DNA of 64,000 nucleotides, taken from contig SUVR01000011.1 in NCBI GenBank assembly GCA_015061915.1, positions 22,972-86,971 of the forward strand, written 5' to 3'. This document shows positions 39,708 through 50,086 of the stretch, one piece after another. Source of the stretch: Lentisphaerota bacterium. Its GTDB lineage: Bacteria > Verrucomicrobiota > Lentisphaeria > Victivallales > UBA1829. Below the pieces are notes generated by a model that made no database searches, had not been told where the DNA came from, and worked only from the letters and a program-made list of their open reading frames with translations. Each line of letters starts with the position of its first letter. Positions within the stretch are counted from its first letter, which is position 1. The translations under genes were made by a program, and so were the position numbers.

Positions 39708-41858
39708 ATGGAAAACAAATATTTTATCAACCGTGACATCAGCTGGCTGGAATTCAACCGCCGCGTATTGGATGAAGCGACCGACTGCGGAAACCCGCTG
39801 CTGGAGCGATTGAAGTTCCTTGCTATTTTCAGCAGCAATCTGGATGAATTTTTTATGGTTCGCATGGCGGCGATCATGCGCAAAGAGGCCGATCAGGAAA
39901 ATCTGGTGGGCAACGACGGCACTTACACCCCCGGCGAACTGCTGGAAAATCTGGATGAACGGATCCGGGAACTGGTGGAAAAACAGTATCGCTACTACCG
40001 TGATGACATCCTGCCGGAACTGGCGGAGAACGGGATCCGGATCGCTTCTTACGATGAATTGAGCGGACCCCAGCAGACCGCGGCGCATCTGCTCTTTGAG
40101 CGGGAGATCCTGCCGGTGCTGACGCCCGTTGGTGTGGACCCGTCCCATCCGTTCCCGCTGGTGCCGAATTTGGGGCTGGAGCTGCTGGTCCGTCTGAACC
40201 GGAAAAACCGCAAGACCGGAAAACGCAGTGAATCTTTTGCCATCGTGGAAGTACCTTCGGTGGTGCCCCGTTTTATCCCGGTCGAATCGGATCAGGAGGA
40301 TGGCACGCTGACTTTTGTGCCGGCGGAAGAACTGATCGCCAACAACCTCGCTTCGCTGTTCCTCGGCTGCGAGATTTTGGAATGTTCCGCGTTCCGTATC
40401 TCACGGGATATGGACTTTTCTATCGACGAAGAATCCATTGACGACCTGCTTTCGGAAATGCAGATCACGCTTCAGCGCAAGGCAAAGCGGATCGTGGTCC
40501 GTCTGGAAGTGGCGGAGTCCGCCACCGCAAAGACCCGTACGTTCCTGCAGAAAAAACTGGGCGCTACGGAAGAACAGACTTATTCCATCGATGGTCCCCT
40601 GAACCTGAAAAATCTCTGGGAACTGGCAAGTCTGCAGGTGCCGGAACTGACCGACGACCCCATGCCGCCTCTGCCGCCGCTGCGGATCGACCCCAATTTG
40701 AGTATGATCGAAAATATCCGGCGCCGCGGCTCCTTGATGATCCACCATCCCTACGAGTCTTTCGACCCGGTAGTGCGTCTGCTGGAAGAAGCGGCGGAAG
40801 ACCCGGATGTGCTGGCGATCAAACAGACTTTGTACCGTGTCAGCGGCAACTCGCCCATCGTAAATGCGCTGGTGAAAGCCGCCCGGAACGGCAAACAGGT
40901 TTCGGTCCTCTTTGAGATCAAGGCGCGATTTGATGAAGAAAACAACATCCGCCGCGCCCGTGAACTGGCGGAAGCCGGAGCTCACGTGGTGTATGGTATC
41001 GCCGGGTTGAAGGTCCACTGCAAGGCGCTGCTGATCGTGCGCCGGGAAGAGACCGGGATCCGCCGTTATGTGCATCTCAGTACCGGAAACTACAACGATA
41101 AGACCGCACGGCAGTACACGGACCTGGGCTATTTCAGCGATGATCCCCTGCTGGCGTCCGACGTTGCCGGACTGTTCAACGTCATTACCGGTTTCTCCGA
41201 TCCGCCTCACTGGCACAAACTCATCGTTGCCCCCTTTGAACTGAAAAACCGGATCATCTACCTGATCGACCGGGAAGCCATGCTTTCCAGCCGTCAGAAT
41301 CCGGGGCATATCACGATCAAGGTGAATGCGATCATTGACTACGAGGTGATCGAGCATCTTTATGCGGCGGCGGAACGGCACGTGAAGATCGATTTGATCG
41401 TGCGCGGCATCTGCGGGCTGAACCCCTACGCTCTGCCGGAAAAAGTCGGAAAAAATATCCGGGTGGTCGGGATCCTGGACCGGTTCCTGGAACATTCCCG
41501 GATCTACATCTTCAAGAACAACGGCTCGCCGGAATATTTTATGGGCAGCTCGGACCTGATGCCCCGGAACCTGAAGCGCCGGATTGAACTGCTGTTCCCT
41601 GTGGAGCAGAAAGAGCTTCGGGCGGAACTGGATATGATCGTCCAGACCGCATTGAACGATAAACGCAAAGGCAGGGTGCTGAATGGAGCGAATTCGTACA
41701 GCTGTACCAGTGACGGCAGCACGGAAAAGTACGAAAAGACCCGCAGTCAGTACGCCCTGTATGAATACTACAAAACCCGGTTGAAGCGGGAACGGAAACG
41801 GATCCGGGCGGAACGGAAGAAACTTCAGGTGTATTCTTCTGTCAATGACGGTAAGTAA
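39708..41858 (+). CDS. ppk: Polyphosphate kinase 1
   Basis: 716 aa with the RDISWLEFNRRVL N-terminus and two PLD-like HKD-type catalytic domains (VHCKALLIV). Confidence 0.95.
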   Translation: MENKYFINRDISWLEFNRRVLDEATDCGNPLLERLKFLAIFSSNLDEFFMVRMAAIMRKEADQENLVGNDGTYTPGELLENLDERIRELVEKQYRYYRDDILPELAENGIRIASYDELSGPQQTAAHLLFEREILPVLTPVGVDPSHPFPLVPNLGLELLVRLNRKNRKTGKRSESFAIVEVPSVVPRFIPVESDQEDGTLTFVPAEELIANNLASLFLGCEILECSAFRISRDMDFSIDEESIDDLLSEMQITLQRKAKRIVVRLEVAESATAKTRTFLQKKLGATEEQTYSIDGPLNLKNLWELASLQVPELTDDPMPPLPPLRIDPNLSMIENIRRRGSLMIHHPYESFDPVVRLLEEAAEDPDVLAIKQTLYRVSGNSPIVNALVKAARNGKQVSVLFEIKARFDEENNIRRARELAEAGAHVVYGIAGLKVHCKALLIVRREETGIRRYVHLSTGNYNDKTARQYTDLGYFSDDPLLASDVAGLFNVITGFSDPPHWHKLIVAPFELKNRIIYLIDREAMLSSRQNPGHITIKVNAIIDYEVIEHLYAAAERHVKIDLIVRGICGLNPYALPEKVGKNIRVVGILDRFLEHSRIYIFKNNGSPEYFMGSSDLMPRNLKRRIELLFPVEQKELRAELDMIVQTALNDKRKGRVLNGANSYSCTSDGSTEKYEKTRSQYALYEYYKTRLKRERKRIRAERKKLQVYSSVNDGK

Positions 41859-41869
41859 CTGGAAAGAAA

Positions 41870-42838
41870 ATGAATATGAAAAAAATCAGAGATTATATAA
41901 TTTATCTGCTGGTGCAGTTTTACGGCACGGTGATCGCTTTTGTCCCCCGTACCTGGTATATGGGGATCGGGCGTTTCTGGGCGCCGTTGATCAGTCTGTT
42001 TCCCGTTGGGAAAGTTGCTGCGCAGAACGTGCAGGCGGCGTTTCCGGAGAAGTCAAAGAAGGAAGTCCGGAGGATCGTACGGGAAAGTCTTGCCCACATG
42101 ATCGCAGTTTCCTGCGAATTTTTCTGGATCCGGAAACGGAATGCTGACCTGCCGTCGCTGGTTGACATTGAGGAGCAGACGCTGAAAAACTTTGAACGCT
42201 GCCGGAAAGCGGGGAAGCCGGTGATCTTTATCTCTCCCCACCACGGGAACTGGGAGTTCGGCGGGCAGATGCTTGCCATCGGACTTGGTTTTACCATCTC
42301 CACCATCATGCGGTCGCCCCAGAACCCTTATCTGGGCAAATTGCTGGTTTCCGGACGCAGCGTCAAGGGCGTGGAGATCATCTTTTCCAAAGGCGCAGCC
42401 CGTGCCGTGATGAAAGCGGTGAAGGACGGCAGAAGCATCGGGATCCTTATGGACCAGAACACCCGGGTGCGGGATGGCGGGATCTTTGTGGACTTCTTCG
42501 GCTTGAAAGTGCCGGTCACTTCTCTGCCTGCCCGGATCGCTTTGAAGGACAAATTGCCCATTGTTCTCGGTACGGAGTACCGGACCGGCAAACGGTTCGG
42601 CATGACAACTGTCTATATTGAACCGCAGGACGATGACACGGAGGAAAGTCTGACCCAGCGGATGATCTCGGCCGTGGAAGAGATCGTGCGGAAGTGGCCG
42701 GAACAATATCTCTGGGCATACCGCCGGTTCCAGCACATCCCGCCGGGAGAGGATCGTTCCCGTTACCCGGCATATTCGGAATTTGCCAAACCCTCGTTCT
42801 TCGATCAGCGGGAACGGGGTAAGAAGAAACAAGCATAA
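41870..42838 (+). CDS. Lipid A biosynthesis (Kdo2-lipid IVA) acyltransferase family protein (LpxL/HtrB-like)
   Basis: It has an N-terminal TM segment and the PHHGNWE acyltransferase motif. Confidence 0.7.
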   Translation: MNMKKIRDYIIYLLVQFYGTVIAFVPRTWYMGIGRFWAPLISLFPVGKVAAQNVQAAFPEKSKKEVRRIVRESLAHMIAVSCEFFWIRKRNADLPSLVDIEEQTLKNFERCRKAGKPVIFISPHHGNWEFGGQMLAIGLGFTISTIMRSPQNPYLGKLLVSGRSVKGVEIIFSKGAARAVMKAVKDGRSIGILMDQNTRVRDGGIFVDFFGLKVPVTSLPARIALKDKLPIVLGTEYRTGKRFGMTTVYIEPQDDDTEESLTQRMISAVEEIVRKWPEQYLWAYRRFQHIPPGEDRSRYPAYSEFAKPSFFDQRERGKKKQA

Positions 42839-42865
42839 CGATATACAGCACAAGGAGCTTATCTG

Positions 42866-43681
42866 ATGAAAGCAAATATCGAAAAAATCAATATCGAAGG
42901 GATCCCCGCCTTCCGGATCGAAACAGAAGATGCAACTGCTGTGGTGTCCCCGTACGGTGCCCACGTCCTGTCCTATACGGTGGGGGAAGACGACCTTCTC
43001 TGGGTTTCCGGCAAGTCCAACTTTGTGGAAGGGAAAGCCATCCGCGGCGGGATTCCGGTCTGCTGGCCCTGGTTCGGGTCGGCGGCAGCTCCGGCACACG
43101 GCCTTGCCCGGATCAATATGTGGAATATGGAAGTACCACGGGATGAAGCCGATGGCAGCGTGACCCTGACGATGACGCTGGAAAAGAACGGTCTGGCGGC
43201 AAAAATGGTCATCAATATCGGGCGCGCTCTGACGCTGAACCTGACCACAGTCAATGAAAGCGGCGAACCGGTGAAGCTGACGGAAGCGCTCCACACCTAC
43301 TTCAATATTTCCGACATCAGCAAGATCCGGATCCTCGGCTTTGAAGATTGCGACTATTTCTGCTCGCTGGCGAAAGTCACGGAAAAACAGTCCGGCGCGA
43401 TTACCTTCGACAAGGAAACGGACCGGATCTACTATGCGGGCAGCCGTATTGCCGTGATCGATGATCCCGGTCTGGAACGGCAGATCCGGGTGGAACGGTT
43501 CGGCTCGGACTCCGCCGTGGTTTGGAACCCGTGGATCGCAAAAGCCGCCGCCATGCCGGACTTCGGTGATGATGAATACCCCGGTATGCTCTGTATCGAA
43601 GCCGCCAATGCCGGTGACGATGCCCGCACGCTGGCACCCGGCGCCAGCCACACCCTCGGAACAAGAATTTCACTCATTTGA
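42866..43681 (+). CDS. D-hexose-6-phosphate mutarotase (aldose 1-epimerase family, YeaD-like)
   Basis: IRGGIPVCWPWFG and HGLAR motifs. Confidence 0.8.
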   Translation: MKANIEKINIEGIPAFRIETEDATAVVSPYGAHVLSYTVGEDDLLWVSGKSNFVEGKAIRGGIPVCWPWFGSAAAPAHGLARINMWNMEVPRDEADGSVTLTMTLEKNGLAAKMVINIGRALTLNLTTVNESGEPVKLTEALHTYFNISDISKIRILGFEDCDYFCSLAKVTEKQSGAITFDKETDRIYYAGSRIAVIDDPGLERQIRVERFGSDSAVVWNPWIAKAAAMPDFGDDEYPGMLCIEAANAGDDARTLAPGASHTLGTRISLI

Positions 43682-43704
43682 TCAAAAAATAAGGAGGATG
43701 CAAA

Positions 43705-44487
43705 ATGAGAAACAGAGAATTTGACTATCGTGCAAGCGCCCGTGAGGCGGAACTGGAAGCCGAAGCAAGAGCCATGCGGGATGGCGATGTGATCGCTGCC
43801 CGCAGCTTTATGAACCGCATTTATAACTGGATGGCGGTCGGTCTCGCCCTGACCGGCGGGATCGCATACGGCGTTTACGAATATATGATAGCGAATCGTC
43901 CTCATGTAAATTTTGCCGGAGAGCTTACCGGCGGATCGATCCTGTGGAGTCCGACCGCTATGCTGGTGCTGATCCTGCTGGAATTCGGTCTGGTGATCTG
44001 GATCTCCGCCGGGATCAATAAGATGTCCGCAGGGCTGGCGTCCAGTCTGTTCCTGCTTTATGCCGCACTCAACGGCGTGACGCTGGCTCCGATCTTTCTG
44101 GCATATACCGCCGGAAGTATCGCAACTGCATTTTTCGCCTGTGCCGGAACGTTTCTCGTGACCAGCATTTTCGGCTATATCACCCGTATGGACTTGAGTG
44201 GTCTCGGCGGACTTTGTATGATGGGGCTTTGGGGGATCATCATTGCCTCCCTCATCAACTTCTTTACGGAGAGCAAGGGGCTGGAAATGATCATCACATA
44301 CGTGGGTGTGTTTGTATTCATCGGTCTGACCGCGTGGGATACCCAGAAGCTCCGTCAGATCGGCGGGATCACCGGACCGGACAGCGTTACTTTGAGCAAG
44401 TTTGTGATCCTCGGAGCGTTGACGCTCTATCTGGATTTTATCAATCTGTTCCTGATGCTCCTGCGGATCTTCGGCGACCGGAAATAA
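43705..44487 (+). CDS. Bax inhibitor-1/YccA-family membrane protein
   Basis: AGGAGG RBS, seven TM segments, and an FMNRIYNWM N-terminal motif. Confidence 0.8.
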   Translation: MRNREFDYRASAREAELEAEARAMRDGDVIAARSFMNRIYNWMAVGLALTGGIAYGVYEYMIANRPHVNFAGELTGGSILWSPTAMLVLILLEFGLVIWISAGINKMSAGLASSLFLLYAALNGVTLAPIFLAYTAGSIATAFFACAGTFLVTSIFGYITRMDLSGLGGLCMMGLWGIIIASLINFFTESKGLEMIITYVGVFVFIGLTAWDTQKLRQIGGITGPDSVTLSKFVILGALTLYLDFINLFLMLLRIFGDRK

Positions 44488-44489
44488 GT

Positions 44490-44517
44490 TTGAAAACAGC
44501 AGAATTCATGCTATATT
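44490..44517 (+). promoter_or_regulatory. tsaD promoter
   Basis: TTGAAA, 16 nt, TATATT. Confidence 0.45.
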
Positions 44518-44552
44518 AAAAGGATGAATAACTGCAACAATGAGGCTCATTT

Positions 44553-45632
44553 ATGGCATTGATATTAGGTATTGAATCCAGCTGCGATGAAACTGCGGCA
44601 GCTGTGGTGGAGGATGGACGCAGAGTCGTCTCAAATGTGGTGGCATCCCAGATCGCAAAACATTCACCCTATGGTGGCGTGATCCCGGAACTGGCTGCCC
44701 GCGAACATCTGACTGCGATCGGACCGGTGGTGGATCAGGCGTTGAAGGATGCGGGGATCACACCCGCCGATCTTTCCGCCGTTGCCGTGACACACGCCCC
44801 CGGACTTGTGCCCGCTCTCCTGATCGGGATGACCTATGCCAAAGGTTTCGCTATCGCCAACAACCTGCCGCTGATCGGGATCAATCATTTCCTCGGTCAC
44901 ATTTATGGCGCGTTCGTTGGGGAAGATGCCCCGTACAGGTTCGATGATCCCGCCCTGTATCCCATGCTGGCGGCGGTCGTCTCCGGCGGACATACCAGTC
45001 TGGTCGTCCTGACGCCGGACGGAAAATCCCATCTCGTGGGAACCACCCTTGACGATGCCGCCGGGGAAGCCTTTGACAAAGCCGCAAAACTGCTGGATCT
45101 CGGCTATCCGGGCGGACCGATCATTGAACGCCTCGCCAAAAACGGAAAAACGGACGCTCACCATTTTCCCCGTTCCCTCACCGGGGCGGCGGGCAAGCCG
45201 GTGGCGCCGGAAAACCGTTTCAACTTCAGCTTCAGCGGCTTGAAAACTTCCCTTCTGTACCTCGTGCGGGATATGGGGGGTGCGGACAAACTTTCCGAAG
45301 AACAGCTGTACGATTGTCTTGCATCCTATCAGGAAGCGATCGTGGATGTTCTCTGCACCAAGATTTTTGATGCTGCGAAACAGTACCGGGTCAAGTCTGT
45401 GGTCCTTTGCGGCGGTGTCGCCTGCAACGGCGCGCTCCGGGAACGGTTTGAACAGCGTGTACCGAAAAATCTCATTGCCCTGACTGCTCCGAAAAAATAT
45501 TGCACGGACAACGCCGCCATGATCGGCGGTCTTGCCTCCTTCTATCACCGGAGCGGCGCTTACAACGGGCTGGATCTGGATGCACAGGCACGGCTGCCCC
45601 TCAGTACTGAGCTGCCCTTTTCCCTGCGATGA
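44553..45632 (+). CDS. tsaD: tRNA N6-adenosine threonylcarbamoyltransferase
   Basis: ILGIESSCDETAAAV N-terminus and GINHFLGH metal site. Confidence 0.95.
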   Translation: MALILGIESSCDETAAAVVEDGRRVVSNVVASQIAKHSPYGGVIPELAAREHLTAIGPVVDQALKDAGITPADLSAVAVTHAPGLVPALLIGMTYAKGFAIANNLPLIGINHFLGHIYGAFVGEDAPYRFDDPALYPMLAAVVSGGHTSLVVLTPDGKSHLVGTTLDDAAGEAFDKAAKLLDLGYPGGPIIERLAKNGKTDAHHFPRSLTGAAGKPVAPENRFNFSFSGLKTSLLYLVRDMGGADKLSEEQLYDCLASYQEAIVDVLCTKIFDAAKQYRVKSVVLCGGVACNGALRERFEQRVPKNLIALTAPKKYCTDNAAMIGGLASFYHRSGAYNGLDLDAQARLPLSTELPFSLR

Positions 45633-45640
45633 GGTGAGTT

Positions 45641-46303
45641 ATGAACCGGGTGATCGTTTTTGACTTGGATGGAACACTGGTCGATACCCGGCTGGAGTTG
45701 ACCAACGCCACCAACCTCATGCTACGCAATTACGGGCGCAATGCCCTGCCTATGGAGCAGGTCGTTTCTTTTGTCGGAAACGGGATGCGGGCACAGGTGG
45801 AAAAAGCCCTTGCCGCCACCAATTCCGATGGAAAGATCATTGATCCGGACGAAGCACTGGAGGTTCAGAAGCGTGCTTATCGTGCCTGCGTCAATCTGAC
45901 TTCCAGCCTGTACCCCGGTGTTTACAAGACCATTGCCGAACTGAAGAAAGCCGGCTGGAAGCTCGCCGTTTTGAGCAATAAACCGGAAGAACTCTGCAAA
46001 GTCATCCTGCGGGAATTCGGGCTGACTCCTCATCTCAGCGCCATCCTTGGCGGCGTGGAGGATTTTCCTCTGAAGCCGGAGCCGGATGGACTCCTCTTTA
46101 TTAAGGATCTGCTGGAAATCGACGGATCCGCTTGGATGGTGGGCGATGGCGCTCAAGACCTGATCGCCGGTCAGCGCGCCGGATTCAAAACCTGTTACGC
46201 CGCATACGGTTTCGGCAGCGACATCGGTAACATTCCCTTTGATGCAAAAATCGATACCTTTGAACAACTGAAAGAGATCCTGAAAAATGAACCTGCCGGA
46301 TGA
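45641..46303 (+). CDS. HAD-family phosphatase (phosphoglycolate-phosphatase-like)
   Basis: FDLDGTLVDT motif I, SNKP motif II and GDGAQD motif IV. Confidence 0.75.
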   Translation: MNRVIVFDLDGTLVDTRLELTNATNLMLRNYGRNALPMEQVVSFVGNGMRAQVEKALAATNSDGKIIDPDEALEVQKRAYRACVNLTSSLYPGVYKTIAELKKAGWKLAVLSNKPEELCKVILREFGLTPHLSAILGGVEDFPLKPEPDGLLFIKDLLEIDGSAWMVGDGAQDLIAGQRAGFKTCYAAYGFGSDIGNIPFDAKIDTFEQLKEILKNEPAG

Positions 46304-47447
46304 TTTGAGAACGGAACTGCGCAGCCTCTGCCGTACCATTTATGAAAATCCCGAACTCGGCTTCAAGGAATTCAACGCCGCAAAACTGCAGTGTGATCTG
46401 CTGAAAAAACTGGGCTTTACCGTCACGGAAGGTCTGGCGGATCTGCCTACTTCCTACAAGGCGGAAAAGATCATCAACGGCGGAAACGGTCCTCACTTCG
46501 GATTTTTTTCGGAGTACGACGCACTGGCGGGGATCGGTCATGCCTGCGGACATCACCTCATCTGTGTTTCCGGTATCGCAGCCACCGTGCTTGCCGTGGC
46601 AGAACTGGAAAAACGGGGCATCAGCGGGAAGATCACTCTTTTCGGGACTCCCGGCGAGGAACAGCTGGGCGGCAAGGTCAAAATGAAGGCTGCCGGCGTG
46701 TTCGATGGCGTGGAGGCGGGGCTCATCGGACACCCCTACGACTTGAGCAGCTGTGACGACGGCGCCTACTCGGTACGCCGTTTTTCCGTCAAGTTTCACG
46801 GAAAAGCATCCCACGCAGGCATGGCACCCCATCTGGGGATCAATGCACTGGATGCCCTGATCCTCTTTTTCAACGGGATCGGTCTCTGGCGTCAGCAGAT
46901 GCCCGAAGCCAGCCGGGTCCACGGGATCATCCTCAAGGGCGGCGATGCTCCCAATGTGATCCCTGCCGAAACTGAAGCGTTCTTCTACTTGCGCGCGAAA
47001 GACTTGCAGACCACTCTGGCGATGGAAAAACGGTTCCGTGCCATCGCTGCCGGTGCCGCCGAACAGACCGGATGCACCTGCGATTGCGATCTGGTCTCCG
47101 CATACGACCCCTGTCTGGTCAATGCCCCCCTCAACACTGCTTATGCCGACATCCTGGAAAGCATGGGCGAACCGGTCATCCGCGCCAACGGGACCGAGGG
47201 CAGGGCAAGTACGGACTTCGGTGATGTTTCCCAGATGATGCCCGGTGCGAACCTGCATTTCGGGATCTGCGATCACGGCGGCGTGCCCCTTCACACCGTG
47301 GAGTTCCGGGAGGCGGCAGGCACGGAACACGCCTTCGATCAGGCGGTCAGGACGGCTCAGGTGATGGCGCAGCTCTGCGTGAAATATTACACCGAACCCG
47401 ACTTCCGCAACGCCGTTCAGGCAGACTTCAACGCAAAAAAAGCGTAA
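46287..47447 (+). CDS. M20-family amidohydrolase/peptidase (AbgB/PM20D2-like)
   Basis: HACGHH metal-binding motif and an M20 dimerisation-domain layout. It overlaps the upstream gene by 17 nt. Confidence 0.8.
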   Translation: MNLPDDLRTELRSLCRTIYENPELGFKEFNAAKLQCDLLKKLGFTVTEGLADLPTSYKAEKIINGGNGPHFGFFSEYDALAGIGHACGHHLICVSGIAATVLAVAELEKRGISGKITLFGTPGEEQLGGKVKMKAAGVFDGVEAGLIGHPYDLSSCDDGAYSVRRFSVKFHGKASHAGMAPHLGINALDALILFFNGIGLWRQQMPEASRVHGIILKGGDAPNVIPAETEAFFYLRAKDLQTTLAMEKRFRAIAAGAAEQTGCTCDCDLVSAYDPCLVNAPLNTAYADILESMGEPVIRANGTEGRASTDFGDVSQMMPGANLHFGICDHGGVPLHTVEFREAAGTEHAFDQAVRTAQVMAQLCVKYYTEPDFRNAVQADFNAKKA

Positions 47448-47493
47448 GCACGGTCCTGAAAAAAATTCAATCTCTTGTTAAAAAATTCCCGGA

Positions 47494-49017
47494 TTACTTC
47501 ACCAGCAGGGGGACGGCGAAGACCTGACGGAAAAATTCCACATCCTGTTCGGGGATGGCGAAGCCGGTCATCCGCAGTTCGGGTGCCGGAGTCAGCACCA
47601 CCCGGTCCGGTTCCGGATCGATCCGGAACTGGGTGACAGAGCGGCAGGTTTCGGCAAGACCGCAGGCGATCCGCAGAAGCGCAGCAAGTTTCCGGACCGT
47701 GGACTGGTCCTCCTTCGTGATCGCCATAAATTCCGCATTGTACTTGTCCGGCGGCGACTTCCGGTGGAACCGTGCCGTCAGCGCGGCGATCGTCCGTTCC
47801 TCCTGGGAAATGCCGGGGATCTCCGTGGAATTGATGATATAATACGAGTGTTTGTGATAACTCTGATTGTTGATGAAAAGTCCGGTTTTATGCAGCCACG
47901 CCGCGATCCGCAGCAACAGCGCCGCCCGCTTCGGACATCCATGAAGATTTTGCAGCTGGATGAAAAGTTTATCCGCAAAAAGTGCTGTCCGGCGGGTGTA
48001 ATCCTTATCCGAACGGTATTTTTCGGCAGTCCGCTGGACCATAGCTTCGGTCTGACGGGCAAAAATATCTTCCGAGTGGAACAGAACCTGCATAAAGTCA
48101 CGCAGCAGCGCCTCTTTCATGGTGACTTTCGGCACGATGAGCGTGGTGGCGCCGGAGATCCGGAACAGGTTGTCGATGATGATGGAGCAGGGGATCACCG
48201 CCTCTGCCAGCGCCTGCGGGATCCCGTAGCGGTCCGTAATATTTTCCAGACTGAGGGAAAGCAGTTCCGCCATACCGGCTTCGTAGTCTTTCCGGCTCAG
48301 CTTGCAGATCTGTCCCTTATTGCCGGGGCGGTCCGCAAAAATTTGCATCAGCGCCCGGACGCTTGATCCCATGGCAAAGAGCAGGGGGGAGCGGACTTCC
48401 GGGGAGATCTGGCGCATCTCGGTAAAGGTTTTGTCGATAACCGGCGTGAGGAAACGGCGGATTCCTTCGGCGGACATGACGCCCGGCATCTGGTCCAGCA
48501 CCCGCAAGGTGCCAAGCTTGACCGTCTCCGTAAAGCAGAAAGAGCCGCCTTTGTAGGACGAGATCTGGCAGGCGCCGGTGCCGATGTCTGCGATCAGCGC
48601 AGTCTTCTTGTAAAGATTGAAGGATGAGGGCATCACATCCACCAGTGTCAGATAGTCCAGCCGGGCTTCGTCCGCCCCTTCAAAAATGGTGAGGGTGAGC
48701 CCGGTGGCGTGGCGGATCCGTTCAATGAGAATATCCGCATTGCCCGCCTCGCGGACCGCACTGGTGGCGATGGCGCGGCAGTTTTTGACGCCGTATTCAT
48801 CCAGTTTTTTCTTGTAGTTGGAAAAGATCCCGCAGAGCATCCGGATAGAGGATTCAGAAATCTTACCGTGGCGGAAAACGTCCGAGCCAAGCGGCACGGA
48901 AACGCTCAAATCCTCCAGAATTTCCGTTTCTTTCGTTTTCTGATTACATTCCGCCAGCAGGAGACGGCAGAAATGGGCTCCCAGGTCAATGGTTCCGAGC
49001 AGCAGTTTCTGAGCCAT
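47494..49017 (-). CDS. ppx: Exopolyphosphatase / Ppx-GppA family phosphatase with a C-terminal HD-like domain
   Basis: The start is at 49017 (MAQKLLLGTIDLGAHFCRLL), preceded by GAGGGAGGG. The N-terminus has the ASKHA fold. The upstream 58 codons of the listed ORF overlap the ROK gene and were rejected. Confidence 0.85.
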   Translation of the reverse strand: MAQKLLLGTIDLGAHFCRLLLAECNQKTKETEILEDLSVSVPLGSDVFRHGKISESSIRMLCGIFSNYKKKLDEYGVKNCRAIATSAVREAGNADILIERIRHATGLTLTIFEGADEARLDYLTLVDVMPSSFNLYKKTALIADIGTGACQISSYKGGSFCFTETVKLGTLRVLDQMPGVMSAEGIRRFLTPVIDKTFTEMRQISPEVRSPLLFAMGSSVRALMQIFADRPGNKGQICKLSRKDYEAGMAELLSLSLENITDRYGIPQALAEAVIPCSIIIDNLFRISGATTLIVPKVTMKEALLRDFMQVLFHSEDIFARQTEAMVQRTAEKYRSDKDYTRRTALFADKLFIQLQNLHGCPKRAALLLRIAAWLHKTGLFINNQSYHKHSYYIINSTEIPGISQEERTIAALTARFHRKSPPDKYNAEFMAITKEDQSTVRKLAALLRIACGLAETCRSVTQFRIDPEPDRVVLTPAPELRMTGFAIPEQDVEFFRQVFAVPLLVK

Positions 49018-49030
49018 GGCGATCCCTCCC

Positions 49031-50005
49031 TCAAACCTTGCCGCGCAGACGGGCAAGCACGGTGGCACCCAGCGCCACGGCGGGATCGCCGAGCGCCGTG
49101 ATCCGCAGTTCGATCTTTTCCGGATCCAGTCCGAAAAGATGATCTGCAAAACTCTGTTTGAACACGGTGAAGATCTCTTCGCCCAGCGCATCGATCATGC
49201 CGCCGCCGAGAATGATGCAGTCCGGCGCCACGATGGCAGACGCGGAGGCTGCGGCAACGCCCAGCATAACAGAACCTTTATCGATCACCGCGCGGACTGT
49301 TTCATCGCCCGCCCGGTAGGCTTTTGCCAGATGACGGCTCTTGATATTTTTGCTTTTTGCATCGAATTTATCCGGCGGCAGCAGCGTGGGCAGCCCCTTC
49401 TTGAAAACTTTTTTCCGCAATGCCTTTACGAATGCAGTCTTGCTGCAATAGGCTTCCGCACAGCCCTTGTGCCCGCATCCGCAGCGGCGGCCGTTGTACT
49501 TGATAATGGCATGACCGAACTCCCCGGCAAGTCCGGCGTTTCCGGTGTGCAGATGTCCATCCGTAATGATCCCGCCGCCGAGACCGGTGCCGATGTAGTA
49601 GCCGATGACCGTATTGTAGCCACGGGCGGCACCGCAGTGATATTCCGCCAGAATCCCGAGGCTGCCGTCATTGCCCAGATAGACATCCCGTCCGGTCAGT
49701 TCCCGGAGTTTCGCTTTCATGGAAAAATTGCGGATTCCCAGATTGGTCGCGTGAAGGCAATCCCCCGTTACCGGATCCACCGGCGCAGGAATGGCAACGC
49801 CGATCCCGTCCAGCTGATCGAAGGTCAGATTCAGAGGCTCCAGTGCCTTTTTCCCGACGGAAACGATAGCCTCCGCCAGTTCATCCGGCGTGGCACCGGA
49901 GGGGGTGTTCATTTTTGCATCGGAAATGATCTTATACGAGCTGTCCGCCACAACAGCATAGATTTTTGTGCCGCCGAGGTCGATTCCGAGAGCATATTCA
50001 TTCAT
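49031..50005 (-). CDS. ROK-family glucokinase
   Basis: The start is at 50005 (MNEYALGIDLGGTKIY) with AAGGAG upstream. It has the ROK Zn motif CGCGHKGCAE. Confidence 0.8.
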   Translation of the reverse strand: MNEYALGIDLGGTKIYAVVADSSYKIISDAKMNTPSGATPDELAEAIVSVGKKALEPLNLTFDQLDGIGVAIPAPVDPVTGDCLHATNLGIRNFSMKAKLRELTGRDVYLGNDGSLGILAEYHCGAARGYNTVIGYYIGTGLGGGIITDGHLHTGNAGLAGEFGHAIIKYNGRRCGCGHKGCAEAYCSKTAFVKALRKKVFKKGLPTLLPPDKFDAKSKNIKSRHLAKAYRAGDETVRAVIDKGSVMLGVAAASASAIVAPDCIILGGGMIDALGEEIFTVFKQSFADHLFGLDPEKIELRITALGDPAVALGATVLARLRGKV

Positions 50006-50086
50006 TGGTGCGGGTTCTCCTTGCTGTTGTGTGGTTGAAACATCAGCATAAGTTAGCACAGATCCCTTGAAAATCAAGAGAAAAAA

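Noticed and set aside
42053-43651. 532-aa minus-strand ORF
   Set aside because: It is antisense across two well-supported plus-strand genes (the acyltransferase and the mutarotase) and has no start signals.
47494-49191. Longer 565-aa version of the ppx gene
   Set aside because: The first 58 codons overlap the end of the ROK gene, are Cys/Arg/Trp-rich nonsense, and lack an RBS. The internal ATG at 49017 has a strong GAGGGAGGG and begins the conserved ASKHA motif.
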